64,000 nt of DNA from the human T2T-CHM13v2.0 reference genome, Homo sapiens. The position numbers and the translations under genes are program-made. The notes below the pieces were generated by a model. That model made no database searches. It was not told where the DNA came from and saw only the letters and a list, made by a program, of their open reading frames with translations. Positions 30,491-44,444 of this stretch are shown piece by piece; within the stretch, counting starts at the first letter, position 1, and each line of letters starts with the position of its first letter. Where the stretch lies: assembly GCF_009914755.1 (NCBI RefSeq), contig NC_060943.1. One strand, given 5' to 3'.

Positions 30491-30524
30491 ATGTCTTCCA
30501 CACTCCCTGCCCTGCTCTGCGTCG
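30491..30524 (+). CDS. NCR1: NCR1 exon 1 (signal peptide), 34 coding nt
   Basis: ATG TCT TCC ACA CTC ... GTC G|gtgagt = MSSTLPALLCV. Confidence 0.97.
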
Positions 30525-30601
30525 GTGAGTTCTGGCGTGGAAGGGGAATGGGATCACGGTGTGCCTGGGAGGCAACAGGTCTCATTACTCCCGTCTTCCA
30601 G

Positions 30602-30637
30602 GGCTGTGTCTGAGTCAGAGGATCAGCGCCCAGCAGC
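30602..30637 (+). CDS. NCR1: NCR1 exon 2 (36-nt signal mini-exon typical of LRC genes)
   Basis: ccag|GG CTG TGT CTG AGT CAG AGG ATC AGC GCC CAG CAG C|gtgagt. Confidence 0.97.
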
Positions 30638-30825
30638 GTGAGTCCTTCCTTCAAAGCCCAGGGTCACTCTTCCGGATTCAGGCCAAGCTCCTTCCACCCA
30701 AGCACGGCTGGGGAGAGGGGACAGGGTGCTGGCTTCCCAGGAGAGCTTGGGGCCAGCAGCTGGGTGGAGCCTAAGGTTGGGGGGAGGGGGCTCCGCTGGA
30801 ACTCCAGCCTCTGATTCCCTTCCAG

Positions 30826-31110
30826 AGACTCTCCCAAAACCGTTCATCTGGGCCGAGCCCCATTTCATGGTTCCAAAGGAAAAGCAAGTGACCATCTGTT
30901 GCCAGGGAAATTATGGGGCTGTTGAATACCAGCTGCACTTTGAAGGAAGCCTTTTTGCCGTGGACAGACCAAAACCCCCTGAGCGGATTAACAAAGTCCA
31001 ATTCTACATCCCGGACATGAACTCCCGCATGGCAGGGCAATACAGCTGCATCTATCGGGTTGGGGAGCTCTGGTCAGAGCCCAGCAACTTGCTGGATCTG
31101 GTGGTAACAG
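30826..31110 (+). CDS. NCR1: NCR1 exon 3 (Ig domain D1), 285 nt
   Basis: tccag|AG ACT CTC CCA AAA ... GTA ACA G|gtaact; [13 protein letters not shown]...NLLDLVVT. Confidence 0.98.
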
Positions 31111-31477
31111 GTAACTGTCCGGTTCTCTAACTGGAGAGTGATCTCAGTCTGCATCCGGGATGCAGCATCATCTATGAACTCTTCCAAGCCCCACTCAGAC
31201 ACTGCTTGTCTCGGTAGGAGGCTGGAAGGAGGGGTGATCCCCATCACAATCCTTGCCTACAAGGGGTTGTCTGCAGACCGTGTCTCTACGTCCTAGGAGC
31301 AGATGTGTCCTCAGTCAGTTTCTCCATGACACAGATTCTGAGATAGATATTTGTATGCAGGGGTATGACTGAGGAATGTCCTCAAAAACAATGCCTGTGG
31401 GCCAGGCGCAGTGGCTTACACTTTGCTTCCCTCACCCATCACAGGTGGTGGGTTTTTTTTTTTTTTATCTGTTTTGA

Positions 31478-31690
<213 letters not shown>

Positions 31691-31859
31691 TGATCCGCCC
31701 GCCTCACCCTCCCAAAGTGCTGGGATTACAGGTGTGAGCCATCACACCCAGCCAGGTGGTGGTTTTCTAAAAAAAAAAAAAAATTAGCTTTTTTTTTTTT
31801 TTAACAATATGGTTGTTTATTATTATTATCAAGTATTATACATAGTTACATATACATAC

Positions 31860-32053
31860 ATAATTGTATGTGCTATACAATTAGGTTTGTTTATACCAGC
31901 AACACCAAAAACACATGAGCAATACTTTGTGCTAGGAAGGCTATGATGTCATCAGGCAATAGGAATTTTTCAGTTTCATTATAATCTTATGGGACCACCA
32001 TCATATATGTGGTACATTGTTGGCCAAAATGTCATTATGCAGCTCACAACAGT
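31860..32053 (-). mobile_element. MER47/Tigger5-like DNA transposon fragment
   Basis: ATAGGAATTTTTCAG..TTATAATCTTATGGGACCACCATCATATATG resembles the remembered consensus. Confidence 0.6.
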
Positions 32054-32234
32054 ATTTCATGTCCATTCAAATATCTTCTTTTGTGAAATGTCTATTTAAA
32101 TCTTTTGCCTATTTTTAAATTGGGTTGCTTATATTTTGATTGATTAGGAAAAGTTATTTCTATATTCTGTGTCATATACTTGTGTTGAAATATATATATT
32201 TTTTGTCTGTGCCTTTTCATTTGCTCAGGGTCTT

Positions 32235-32277
32235 TGGACCTTGTTTGGAGGTTCTGGCAGGGGAACACAGCTACTCA
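32235..32277 (-). pseudogene. Short 7SK snRNA-derived fragment
   Basis: Minus strand GAGTAGCTGTGTTCCCCTGCCAGAACCTCCAAACAAG versus 7SK GAGTAGCTGCGCTCCCCTGCTAGAACCTCCAAACAAG (from memory). Confidence 0.75.
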
Positions 32278-32284
32278 TTTATTC

Positions 32285-32956
32285 TTTTTTTTTTAATTTT
32301 TTTAGTATTTATTGATCATTCTTGGGTGTTTCTCGGAGAGGGGGATTTGGCAGGGTCATAGGACAATAGTGGAGAGAAGGTCAGCAGATAAACATGTGAA
32401 CAAAGGTCTCTGGCTTTCCTAGGCAGAGGTCCCTGCGGCCTTCCGCAGTGTTTGTGTCCCTGGGTACTTGAGATTAGGGAGTGGTGATGACTCTTAAGGA
32501 GCATGCTGCCTTCAAGCATCTGTTTAACAAAGCACATCTTGCACCGCCCTTAATCCATTTAACCCTGAGTGGACACAGCACATGTTTCAGAGAGCACGGG
32601 GTTGGGGGTAAGGTCATAGATTAACAGCATCCCAAAGCAGAAGAATTTGTCTTAGTACAGAACAAAATGGAGTCTCCTATGTCTACTTCTTTCTACACAG
32701 ACACAGTAACAATCTGATCTCTCTTTCTTTTCCCCACATTTCCCCTTTTTCTATTCGACAAAACCGCCATCGTCATCATGGCCCGTTCTCAATGAGCTGT
32801 TGGGTACACCTCCCAGACGGGGTGGCGGCCGGGCAGAGGGGCTCCTCACTTCCCAGACGGGGCGGCCGGGCAGAGGCGCCCCCCCACCTCCCAGACGGGG
32901 CAGTGGCCGGGCGGGGGCTGCCCCCCAACCTCCCGGACGGGGCGGCTGGCCGGGGC
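32285..32956 (-). mobile_element. 5'-truncated SVA retrotransposon (SINE-R plus about 4 VNTR units) in NCR1 intron 3
   Basis: Poly-T then TATTTATTGATCATTCTTGGGTGTTTCTC, the SINE-R body, and GC-rich VNTR (CCTCCCAGACGGGG..GGCCGGGCAGAGG). Confidence 0.95.
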
Positions 32957-33153
32957 TTTTTTTTTTTTTTTTGAGACAGTCTCGCTGCAGTGCAGTGGTA
33001 CAATCTCAGCTCACTGCAACCTCTGCCTCAGCCTCAATTCTCCTGCCTCAGCCTCCCAAGTAGTTGAGATTACAGGCATGTGCCACCACACCCGGCTAAT
33101 TTTTGCATTTTTAGTAGAGACGGGGTTTCACCATGTTGACCAGGCTGGTCTCA

Positions 33154-33471
<318 letters not shown>

Positions 33472-33547
33472 CTAAAGAAAGAAAAAAAAAAATAGCTGGC
33501 TGCTCATCACTGAGTTTCTGGTGTGGTGGCCCCACCTTCTCTCATAG

Positions 33548-33826
33548 AAATGTATGACACACCCACCCTCTCGGTTCATCCTGGACCCGAAGTGATCTCG
33601 GGAGAGAAGGTGACCTTCTACTGCCGTCTAGACACTGCAACAAGCATGTTCTTACTGCTCAAGGAGGGAAGATCCAGCCACGTACAGCGCGGATACGGGA
33701 AGGTCCAGGCGGAGTTCCCCCTGGGCCCTGTGACCACAGCCCACAGAGGGACATACCGATGTTTTGGCTCCTATAACAACCATGCCTGGTCTTTCCCCAG
33801 TGAGCCAGTGAAGCTCCTGGTCACAG
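33548..33826 (+). CDS. NCR1: NCR1 exon 4 (Ig domain D2), 279 nt
   Basis: catag|AA ATG TAT GAC ... GTC ACA G|gtgagg; [13 protein letters not shown]...EPVKLLVT. Confidence 0.98.
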
Positions 33827-34320
33827 GTGAGGAAATGCTCAATTCCCCACACCCTTCGCCGCCATGTGCTACCTGGAGCCCTGAGGGATCCCCAGAGAGT
33901 GATGGGGAGGGTGTCCAAGGGACGTCCACTTCCTGGGTGCCTGGTTGGTCATGTGAGGAAGAACACCAGAAGCAGGAAGGAGGAGGGAACAGAGAAAGGA
34001 ATGGTAAGGCGGGTGGATCACAAGGTCAGGAGTTCGAGACCAGCCTGGCCAAGACGGTGAAACCCCGTCTCTACTAAAAATACAGAAATTAGCCAGACGC
34101 AGTGGCGGACACCTGTAGTCCCAGCTACTCAGGAGGCTGAGGCAGGAGAATCGCTTGAACCCGGGAGGCGGGGGTTGTAGTGAACCGAGATCATACCACC
34201 GCACTGCAACCTGGGCGACAGAGCAAGACTCCATCTCAAAAAAAAAAAAAAAAAAAAAAGAATGGCAAGACCGGAGGAAACCAAAAACCCTTACTTTTTT
34301 TTCTTTATCTCCTTTTCCAG

Positions 34321-34368
34321 GCGACATTGAGAACACCAGCCTTGCACCTGAAGACCCCACCTTTCCTG
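34321..34368 (+). CDS. NCR1: NCR1 exon 5 (stalk), 48 nt
   Basis: ttccag|GC GAC ATT GAG AAC ... TTT CCT G|gtgagt = [16 protein letters not shown]. Confidence 0.96.
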
Positions 34369-35461
34369 GTGAGTAACTGGTCCTTCTAAGCTCAGACGAG
34401 CGATCAGAGCCTCCCAGTGACACTAAAAACGTGGCATTCATTCAAAATATTCATCGAGGCCAGGCGTGGTGGCTCACGCCTGTAATCCCAGCACTTTGGG
34501 AGGCCGAGATGGTGCATCATTTGAGGTCAGGAGTTTGAGACCAGCCTGGCCAACATGGCGAAACCCTGTCTCTACTAAAAATACAAAACTTAGGCTGGGC
34601 ATCATGGCTCACACCTGTAATCCCAACACTTCGGGAGGCCAAGGTGGTTGGATCACAAGGTCAGGAATTCGAGACCAGCCTGACCAACATGGTGAAACCC
34701 CATCTCTACTAAAAATACAAAAATTAGCCGGGCCTGGTGGTGCTCGCCTGTAATCCCAGCTACTCAGGAGGCTGAGGCAGGAGAATTGTTGAACCTGGGA
34801 TGCAGAGGTTGCAGTGAGCTGAGATCGCGCCACTGCATTCCACTCCACTGCACGACACAGCGAGACTCCATCTCACAGAAAAACAAAAACAAAACTATTA
34901 TATATATATATTCATCAAGTGCATAGTATACACAGTGAACTACACTGTAACAGTCAGCCAGGCAGATATCTTGACTGTGCAGCACTTAGATTCTAGCAGG
35001 AGGAGACACACCATCGGTCAACGTCAGGATAGCACACAGGAGGGAATGATGCTATGGAAGGAAAAGACAAAGTAGAACAGACTTACAGTGATTGAAATGG
35101 CAGCTAGCAATATTAAATAGGTTTGTCCAGATGGACCTCACAGAGAAAGAAGGCATCTGAGCAAATGCGTTCAGACTTGAGTTAATCATGTGGCTGTCAG
35201 GAGAAAGGAGGCTCTGGAGAGAATGAAATGGCATCTGCCTGTGCCCTGGGGCAGGAAGATAACTGGGGTAATACAATAATAACTATGAGGCCAGGAGGGT
35301 TGAAAATGATGTTTGGAAGATGACGGTGGGATGGGCCTGGGGCGCACGGCTAGGATTACAGGAGTGAGGCCCGGCGCGGTGGCTCACGCCTGTAATCCCA
35401 GCACTTTGGGAAACCGAGGCAGGTGGATCATGAGGTCAGGAGATCAAGACCATCCTGGCTA

Positions 35462-35758
<297 letters not shown>

Positions 35759-36471
35759 TTAAATAGAAGACGGGCTGGGCCGGGTGGCTCCTGCATGTAA
35801 TCCCAGCACTTTGGAAGGCAGGGGCGGCTGGATCACTTGAGGTCAGGAGTTCAAGACCAGCCTGGCCAACACAGTGAAACCCCATCTCTACTAAAAATAC
35901 AAACATGAGTTGGGTGTGGTGGCGCACGCCAGTAATTACAGCTACTCGGGGCTGAAGCAAGAGGATTGCTTGAACTCGGGAGGCGGAGGTTGCAGTGAGC
36001 TGAGATCACACCACTGTACTCCAGCCTCAGAGGCCTGCCATCCCAGCCCTTTGGGAGGCCGAAGCAGGCAGGTCATCTGAGGTTGGGAGTTCAAGACCAG
36101 CCTGGCCAACATGGCAAAACCCCGTTTCTACTAAAAATATGAAAAAAATTACCTGGGTATGTGGTGTGTGCCTGTAGTCCCAGCTACTCCAGAGGCTGGA
36201 ACACAGTGAGACTCTATCTCAAAAAAAAAAAAAAATAGAAGACATGACTGGTGCAAAGACACATGCTCACAAGTGCTAGAATGGAATTCCTCGTCAGGTT
36301 CGTCCATCTGTGGACCCTTCCACTTTACCTGCTGGATGAAGCTCCTGGGACCCGCAGGGTGAGGTGGGACCTTGTAAAGCTGCAGAACGTCATGGGGTAG
36401 ACCCAAGGGAAGGAGTGCTGGGGCGGAGGAGGTCAAAACCATCCTCTTTTCTTCACTTCCCTTATTATCAG

Positions 36472-36932
<461 letters not shown>

Positions 36933-36973
36933 TTACATCCCTGTCAGCGATCACCCTGTTCTCCTGCCTACAG

Positions 36974-37155
36974 ACCATGCCCTCTGGGATCACACTGCCC
37001 AGAATCTCCTTCGGATGGGCCTGGCCTTTCTAGTCCTGGTGGCTCTAGTGTGGTTCCTGGTTGAAGACTGGCTCAGCAGGAAGAGGACTAGAGAGCGAGC
37101 CAGCAGAGCTTCCACTTGGGAAGGCAGGAGAAGGCTGAACACACAGACTCTTTGA
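36974..37155 (+). CDS. NCR1: NCR1 exon 7 (TM helix with Arg, plus short tail)
   Basis: tacag|AC CAT GCC; [33 protein letters not shown]...NTQTL, stop TGA. Confidence 0.98.
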
Positions 37156-37993
37156 AGAATGACCATGAGACACAGTGGCCATGGGTGGATCTGAAAGCTG
37201 GTGTTGAGCCTGGGCGGCGTGAGCTCTGTGTTGGACCCACGGAGGAGGGAGTCACTGCAGGGAAAGAGGGACACTGGCATTCCATTTGTCAGAGCATCCC
37301 GGACGATGCAGAGGGTGGGAGAACTACATGCTAAATTTCTTTTTTTTTTTTGAGACAGAGTTTTCTCTTGTTGCCCAGGCTGGAGTGCAATGGCGCGATC
37401 TTGGCTCACTGCAACCTCTAGCTCTCCATCCCTCGGGTTCAAGTGATTCTCCTGCCTCAGCCTCCTGAGTAGCTGGGATTACAGGCATGTGCCACCACCC
37501 CAGCTAATTTTGTATTTTTAGTGGAGACGGGGTTTCTCCCTGTTGGCTGGTCTCGAACTCCTGACCTCAAGTGATCTCCCCGCCTTGGCCTCCCAAAGGG
37601 CTGGGATTACAGGCATAAGCCGCTGCGCCCAGCCACTGAATTTCTTCTGTAGACAAATCCTATGGTCTCTTCTAGGCTCTAACTATTTTTGTACCACTTA
37701 CTGCAAACCATACTTTTAACCACTCTGGTCTTTTCTGAAAAGATCTCTCCTTCTTTAACAGGATGGCCATGGAAATATTTTTTTCCTACTTTGGTCTTTT
37801 TTTCTTTCCTTTCTCTGCAGGAAGCCATTCAAAATAGTTAATAACCAATATAGAATAGGTCTGTATCAAATGGTTCAGGAGGCATTGTGGCAACAACCAG
37901 TTGTAGAGAAGCAGCTTTATAAGTGAATCCTGCCAGGCACGGTGGCTCACACCTGTAATCCCAACACTTTGGGAGGCTGAGGCGGGCAGATCA

Positions 37994-38321
<328 letters not shown>

Positions 38322-38500
38322 CTACGTGACAGAGCAAGATTCTGTCTCAAAAAAAAAAAGAAAAAAAAAAAATAAGTGACTCCTGGCTGCATCCCAACCA
38401 TACCCCAATTCCTTCTAACCACAGAATTATTCCATCTTCTCTTCCTTTTTTTTTTTTTTCTTTTTTTTTGTTTGTTTTGTTGGGACAGAATTTCACTTTT

Positions 38501-38744
<244 letters not shown>

Positions 38745-38904
38745 TGAATAGCTGGGATTATAGGCATGCACCACCACGCCCGGCTAATTTTTGTATTTTT
38801 AGTAGAAATGGGGTTTCACAATGTTGGCCAGACTGGTCTTGAACTCCTGACCTCAGGTGATCCACCAGCCTCGGCCTCCCAAAGTGCTGGAATTACAGGT
38901 GTGA

Positions 38905-39367
<463 letters not shown>

Positions 39368-39770
39368 TAACAGCACTTGAACCCTGATTCGGCATGCATG
39401 TCCATTTTCCTGCCTCTACCGTGAACTCGTGTGAATTGATCTATGTCAGATTTAGTGGCTGCATTCACAGCTCCCGCAACTATAACGGGGTTCTCGGGAA
39501 ATATATATCAAATGAGTGAATGTATATACGGGGCTGTGGCACAGCCTGCAACTTGAGACTTCTCACTAGGGGTCTTGAAATGCTGTCTGGACACCACCAT
39601 CGCTTTCCTCCCTGAGAACTTCTACTTATCAACCCATTTATATACTCATCGCATGGGTCCTCACGCCCTCCCATTATTCTGGTGCCTCATGCCGGTCAAA
39701 TTTATTCTCTAAATCTGATTTTTCCATTAAATAGCAGCCTGGCCAACACGGTAAAACCCCATCTCTACTA

Positions 39771-39977
<207 letters not shown>

Positions 39978-40143
39978 TCATTCCTTACATGTAGGCACCT
40001 GTAATCCTAGCTACTCAGAAGGCTGAGGCAGGAGAATCGCTTGAACCTGGGAGGCGGAGGTTGCGGTGAGCCAAAATCGTGCCACTGCACTCCAGCCTGG
40101 GCGACAGAGCGAGACTCCATCTCAAAAAAAAAAAAAAAAAAAA

Positions 40144-40315
40144 CCACATAGGCTCAGTCTTTTCAGTATCTGCTTTACTGGTTCAGTAAAAGCCAGGAAA
40201 CACAACTTTGTGGTAATCTGAATGTTATTGAACTGTATTTTGTTCACTTTATTGTAAATACTGGTGAACAGTGAATAAATGGTTGTATATTCCTAATAAG
40301 AAAAAAAAAAAAAAA
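40144..40315 (+). pseudogene. Probable truncated processed-mRNA (3'UTR) retrocopy
   Basis: AT-rich UTR-like sequence, AATAAA at 40274-40279, A15 at 40301-40315; not a repeat consensus I recognise. Confidence 0.55.
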
Positions 40316-41008
40316 GACCCAAAGTACAGCGAGCTGATGCCGATCTCATTTCGCAGAGGTCCGCCTGCTCTCCCCTCTCCAAGAGTGTAATCCTATGCTT
40401 AATAAACTTATGCCGCTTTGCTATATGTGTGTATCACACCCAATTCTTTGTTCGAAACACCAAGGGCCTGGAACTTCACAGCTTTGGCTGGTAACGGGGA
40501 GCAGGGGTAAAGACATTTAAAAGCTGCTTGTGTTAACCATAATCGCCATCCCATATATCAGAGCCCCAGAACTAACTCATCTTATAACTGAATATTGTGC
40601 TTTTTTTTTTTTTTTTGAGACGAAGTCCTGCTCTGTCACCCAGGCTGGAGTGCAGTGGCGCGATCTTGACTCTGCAACCTCCGCCTCCCGGGTTCAAGCG
40701 ATTCTCCTGCCTCAGCCTCCCGAGTAGCTGGGACTACAAGTGCGTGCCACCACGCCCGGCTAATTTTTGTATTTTTAGTAGAGACGGGGTTTCTCCATGT
40801 TGGTCTCAAACTCCTGGTCTCAGGTGATCCACCCGCCTTGGCCTCCCAAAGTGCTGGGATTACAGACGTGAGCCACCACACCCAGCTACTTGTGCTTTTT
40901 GACCAACATCTTCCTCTCCTACCACCCCCAGCCCCTGATAACCTCCACCTACTCTCACTTCTAGGAGATCAACTGTTCTATTTTTTTTTTTTTTTTTTTT
41001 TTTTTTGA

Positions 41009-41167
<159 letters not shown>

Positions 41168-41328
41168 TAACCCACACTGGTGGCCTTTGTTCTGACTTCT
41201 CACCTGTGCTCCCCACCCGCTAGAAACTGGCTTCTCTCCCCACACTTCCTCTGAAGCTGTCTGTGTGACCAACACTAATGAGCTTCCTTCCTGGAACATG
41301 CAGTGACCCTTTTCAGCCCTTCTCATTA

Positions 41329-41804
<476 letters not shown>

Positions 41805-41917
41805 TAGCCAGGTTGGTCTTGAACTCCTGACCTCATGTGATCCGCCCACCTTGGCCTCCCAAAGTGCGAGGATTACAGGCCCCCGCACCCAGCCTAGGAT
41901 CCTGCACCTCTCTAGCC

Positions 41918-42112
41918 TAGCAGTTCTCTGCTGGGTGATTTTGCTCTCCACTCCAGGGGACATTTGGCAATGCCCATGGTAATTTTTAATTGTCATGACT
42001 TGGGGAGGGGTTCTACTGGCATCTGGTAGGTAGGGTCCAGGGGTGCTGCTCAGCTTCCTACAATGCCCAGGGCAGCCCCAGATGGCAGCAGCACCAAGGC
42101 TGAGAAACACTG
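41918..42112 (+). mobile_element. MER20 (hAT-Charlie) element; a second partial copy at about 44510-44665 is followed by an MLT1-like fragment
   Basis: GGGTGATTTTG..CCAGGGGACATTTGGCAATG..CTACTGGCATCT..TGAGAAACACTG. Confidence 0.75.
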
Positions 42113-42564
42113 GCTCATGCAGAAAGCAACCACCTTACACCCTTCAGTGCAGGGACAAAGGCAGGGTTATGAGTCCACGGAAACTCTCCAGTCTCAGCCT
42201 ACGTAAGACGTGGCTATTTTTCTTTCTTATTGTTTTTATTCATTTATTTTTCTTGAGACAGAGTCTTGCTCTGTCGCCCAGGCTGGACTGCAGTGGCGCG
42301 ATCTCTGCTCACTGCAAGCTCCGCCTCCCGGGATCACACCATTCTCCTGGGACTACAGGCGCCCGCCACCTAGCCCGGCTAATTTTTTGTATTTTTAGTA
42401 GAGACGGGGTTTCACCATGTTAGCCAGGATGGTCTCGATCTGACCTCGTGATCCTCCCGCCTCGGCCTCTCAAAGTGCTGGGATTACAGGTGTAAGCCAC
42501 CGCACCCGGCCTTATTCATTTATTTTTTGAGATAGAGTCTGAGCCCTTTATTTTATTTATTTAG

Positions 42565-42735
<171 letters not shown>

Positions 42736-43013
42736 TAAAGACAGGGTTTCACCATCTTGGTCAGGATGGTCTCGAACTCCTGGCCTCAAGTGATCGGCCC
42801 GCCTGGGTCTCCCAAAGTGATGAGATTACAGGCGTGAGCGACCACACTGGCCTAATGTGTAGTTTTTTATCTGTGGCCTCCCTTCTGCCCTCCCCCTTCT
42901 GAGACTCTGAAGCCCATTACATCACTCTGCCTTTGTGTACCAACAGCTTAGCTCCCACTGAGAACATACAGAGCCAGGCACGGTGGCGGTGGCTCACGCC
43001 TGTAATCCCATCA

Positions 43014-43295
<282 letters not shown>

Positions 43296-43417
43296 CTACT
43301 CCTGTTAGAATAATGGCCTCCAGCTCCATCCAAATTGCTGGAAATGACATTATTTCATTCCTTCTAATGGCTGAATAGTATTCCATGGTACATAGACACC
43401 ACGTTTTCTTTATCCAC

Positions 43418-44444
43418 TGTAGGGACCAGCCCCACAGGGTCGGTGGGTCTCTCCCTGTGTGCGGCGACGAGAGAGTGTAGAAATAAAGACAGAAGACAAA
43501 GAGACAAGAGAAAAGGCAGCTGGGCCCGGGGGACCACTACCACCAATGCGCGGAGACCGGTAGTGGCCCCGAATGTCTGGCTGCGCTGTTATTTATTGGA
43601 TACAAGGCAGAAGGGGCAGGGTAAAGAGTGTGAGTCACCTCCAGTGATAGGTAAGGTCACGTGGGTCACGTGTCCACTGGACCGGGGGCCCTTCCCTGCC
43701 TGGCAGCCGAGGCAGAGAGAGAGAGGAGACAGAGAGAAAGACAGCTTATGCCATTATTTCTGCATATCAGGGACTATTAGTACTTTCCCTAATTTACTAC
43801 TGCTATCTAGAAGGCAGAGCCAGGTGTACAGGATGGAACATGAAGGCGGACTAGGAGCGTGACCACCGAAGCACAGCATCACAGGGAGACGGTTAGGCCT
43901 CCGGATAACTGTGGGCGAGCCTGACTGATGTCAGGCCCTCCACAAGAGGTGGAGGAGCAGAGTCTTCTCTAAACTCCCCCGGGGAAAGGGAGACCCCCCC
44001 CCCCCCACCCGCTGCCCCTTTCCCGGTCTGCTAAGTAGCGGGTGTTGTTAATTGACACCTTTTGCTACCGCTGGACCATGATCCGCTTGGTGACGGGTGT
44101 CTTCCCAGACGCTGGCGTCACCGCTAGACCAAGGAGCCCTCTGGTGGCCCTGTCCGGGCATAACAGAAGGCTCGCACTCTTGTCTTCTGGTCACACCTCA
44201 CTATGTCCCCTCAGCTCCTATCTCTGTATGGCCTGGTTTTTCCTAGGCTATGATTATAGAGTGAGGATTATTATAATATTGGAATAAAAAGTAATTGCTA
44301 CCGGCTAATGATTAATGATACTCATATATAATCATATCTAAGATCTATATCTGGTATAACAATTCTTGTTTTATATTTTATTATACTGGAACAGCTCGTG
44401 TCCTCTGTCTCTTGCCTCGGTGCCTGGGTGCCTTGCCGCCCACA
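43418..44444 (-). mobile_element. Solo LTR13 (HERV-K13/HML-4-type), full length, inserted in an L1 3' fragment
   Basis: TG...CA ends, 1027 bp, 6-bp TSD ATCCAC (43412-43417 / 44445-44450); minus strand starts TGTGGGCGGCAAG..CCCAGGCACCGAGGCAAGAGACAGAGGACACGAGCTG. Confidence 0.88.
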
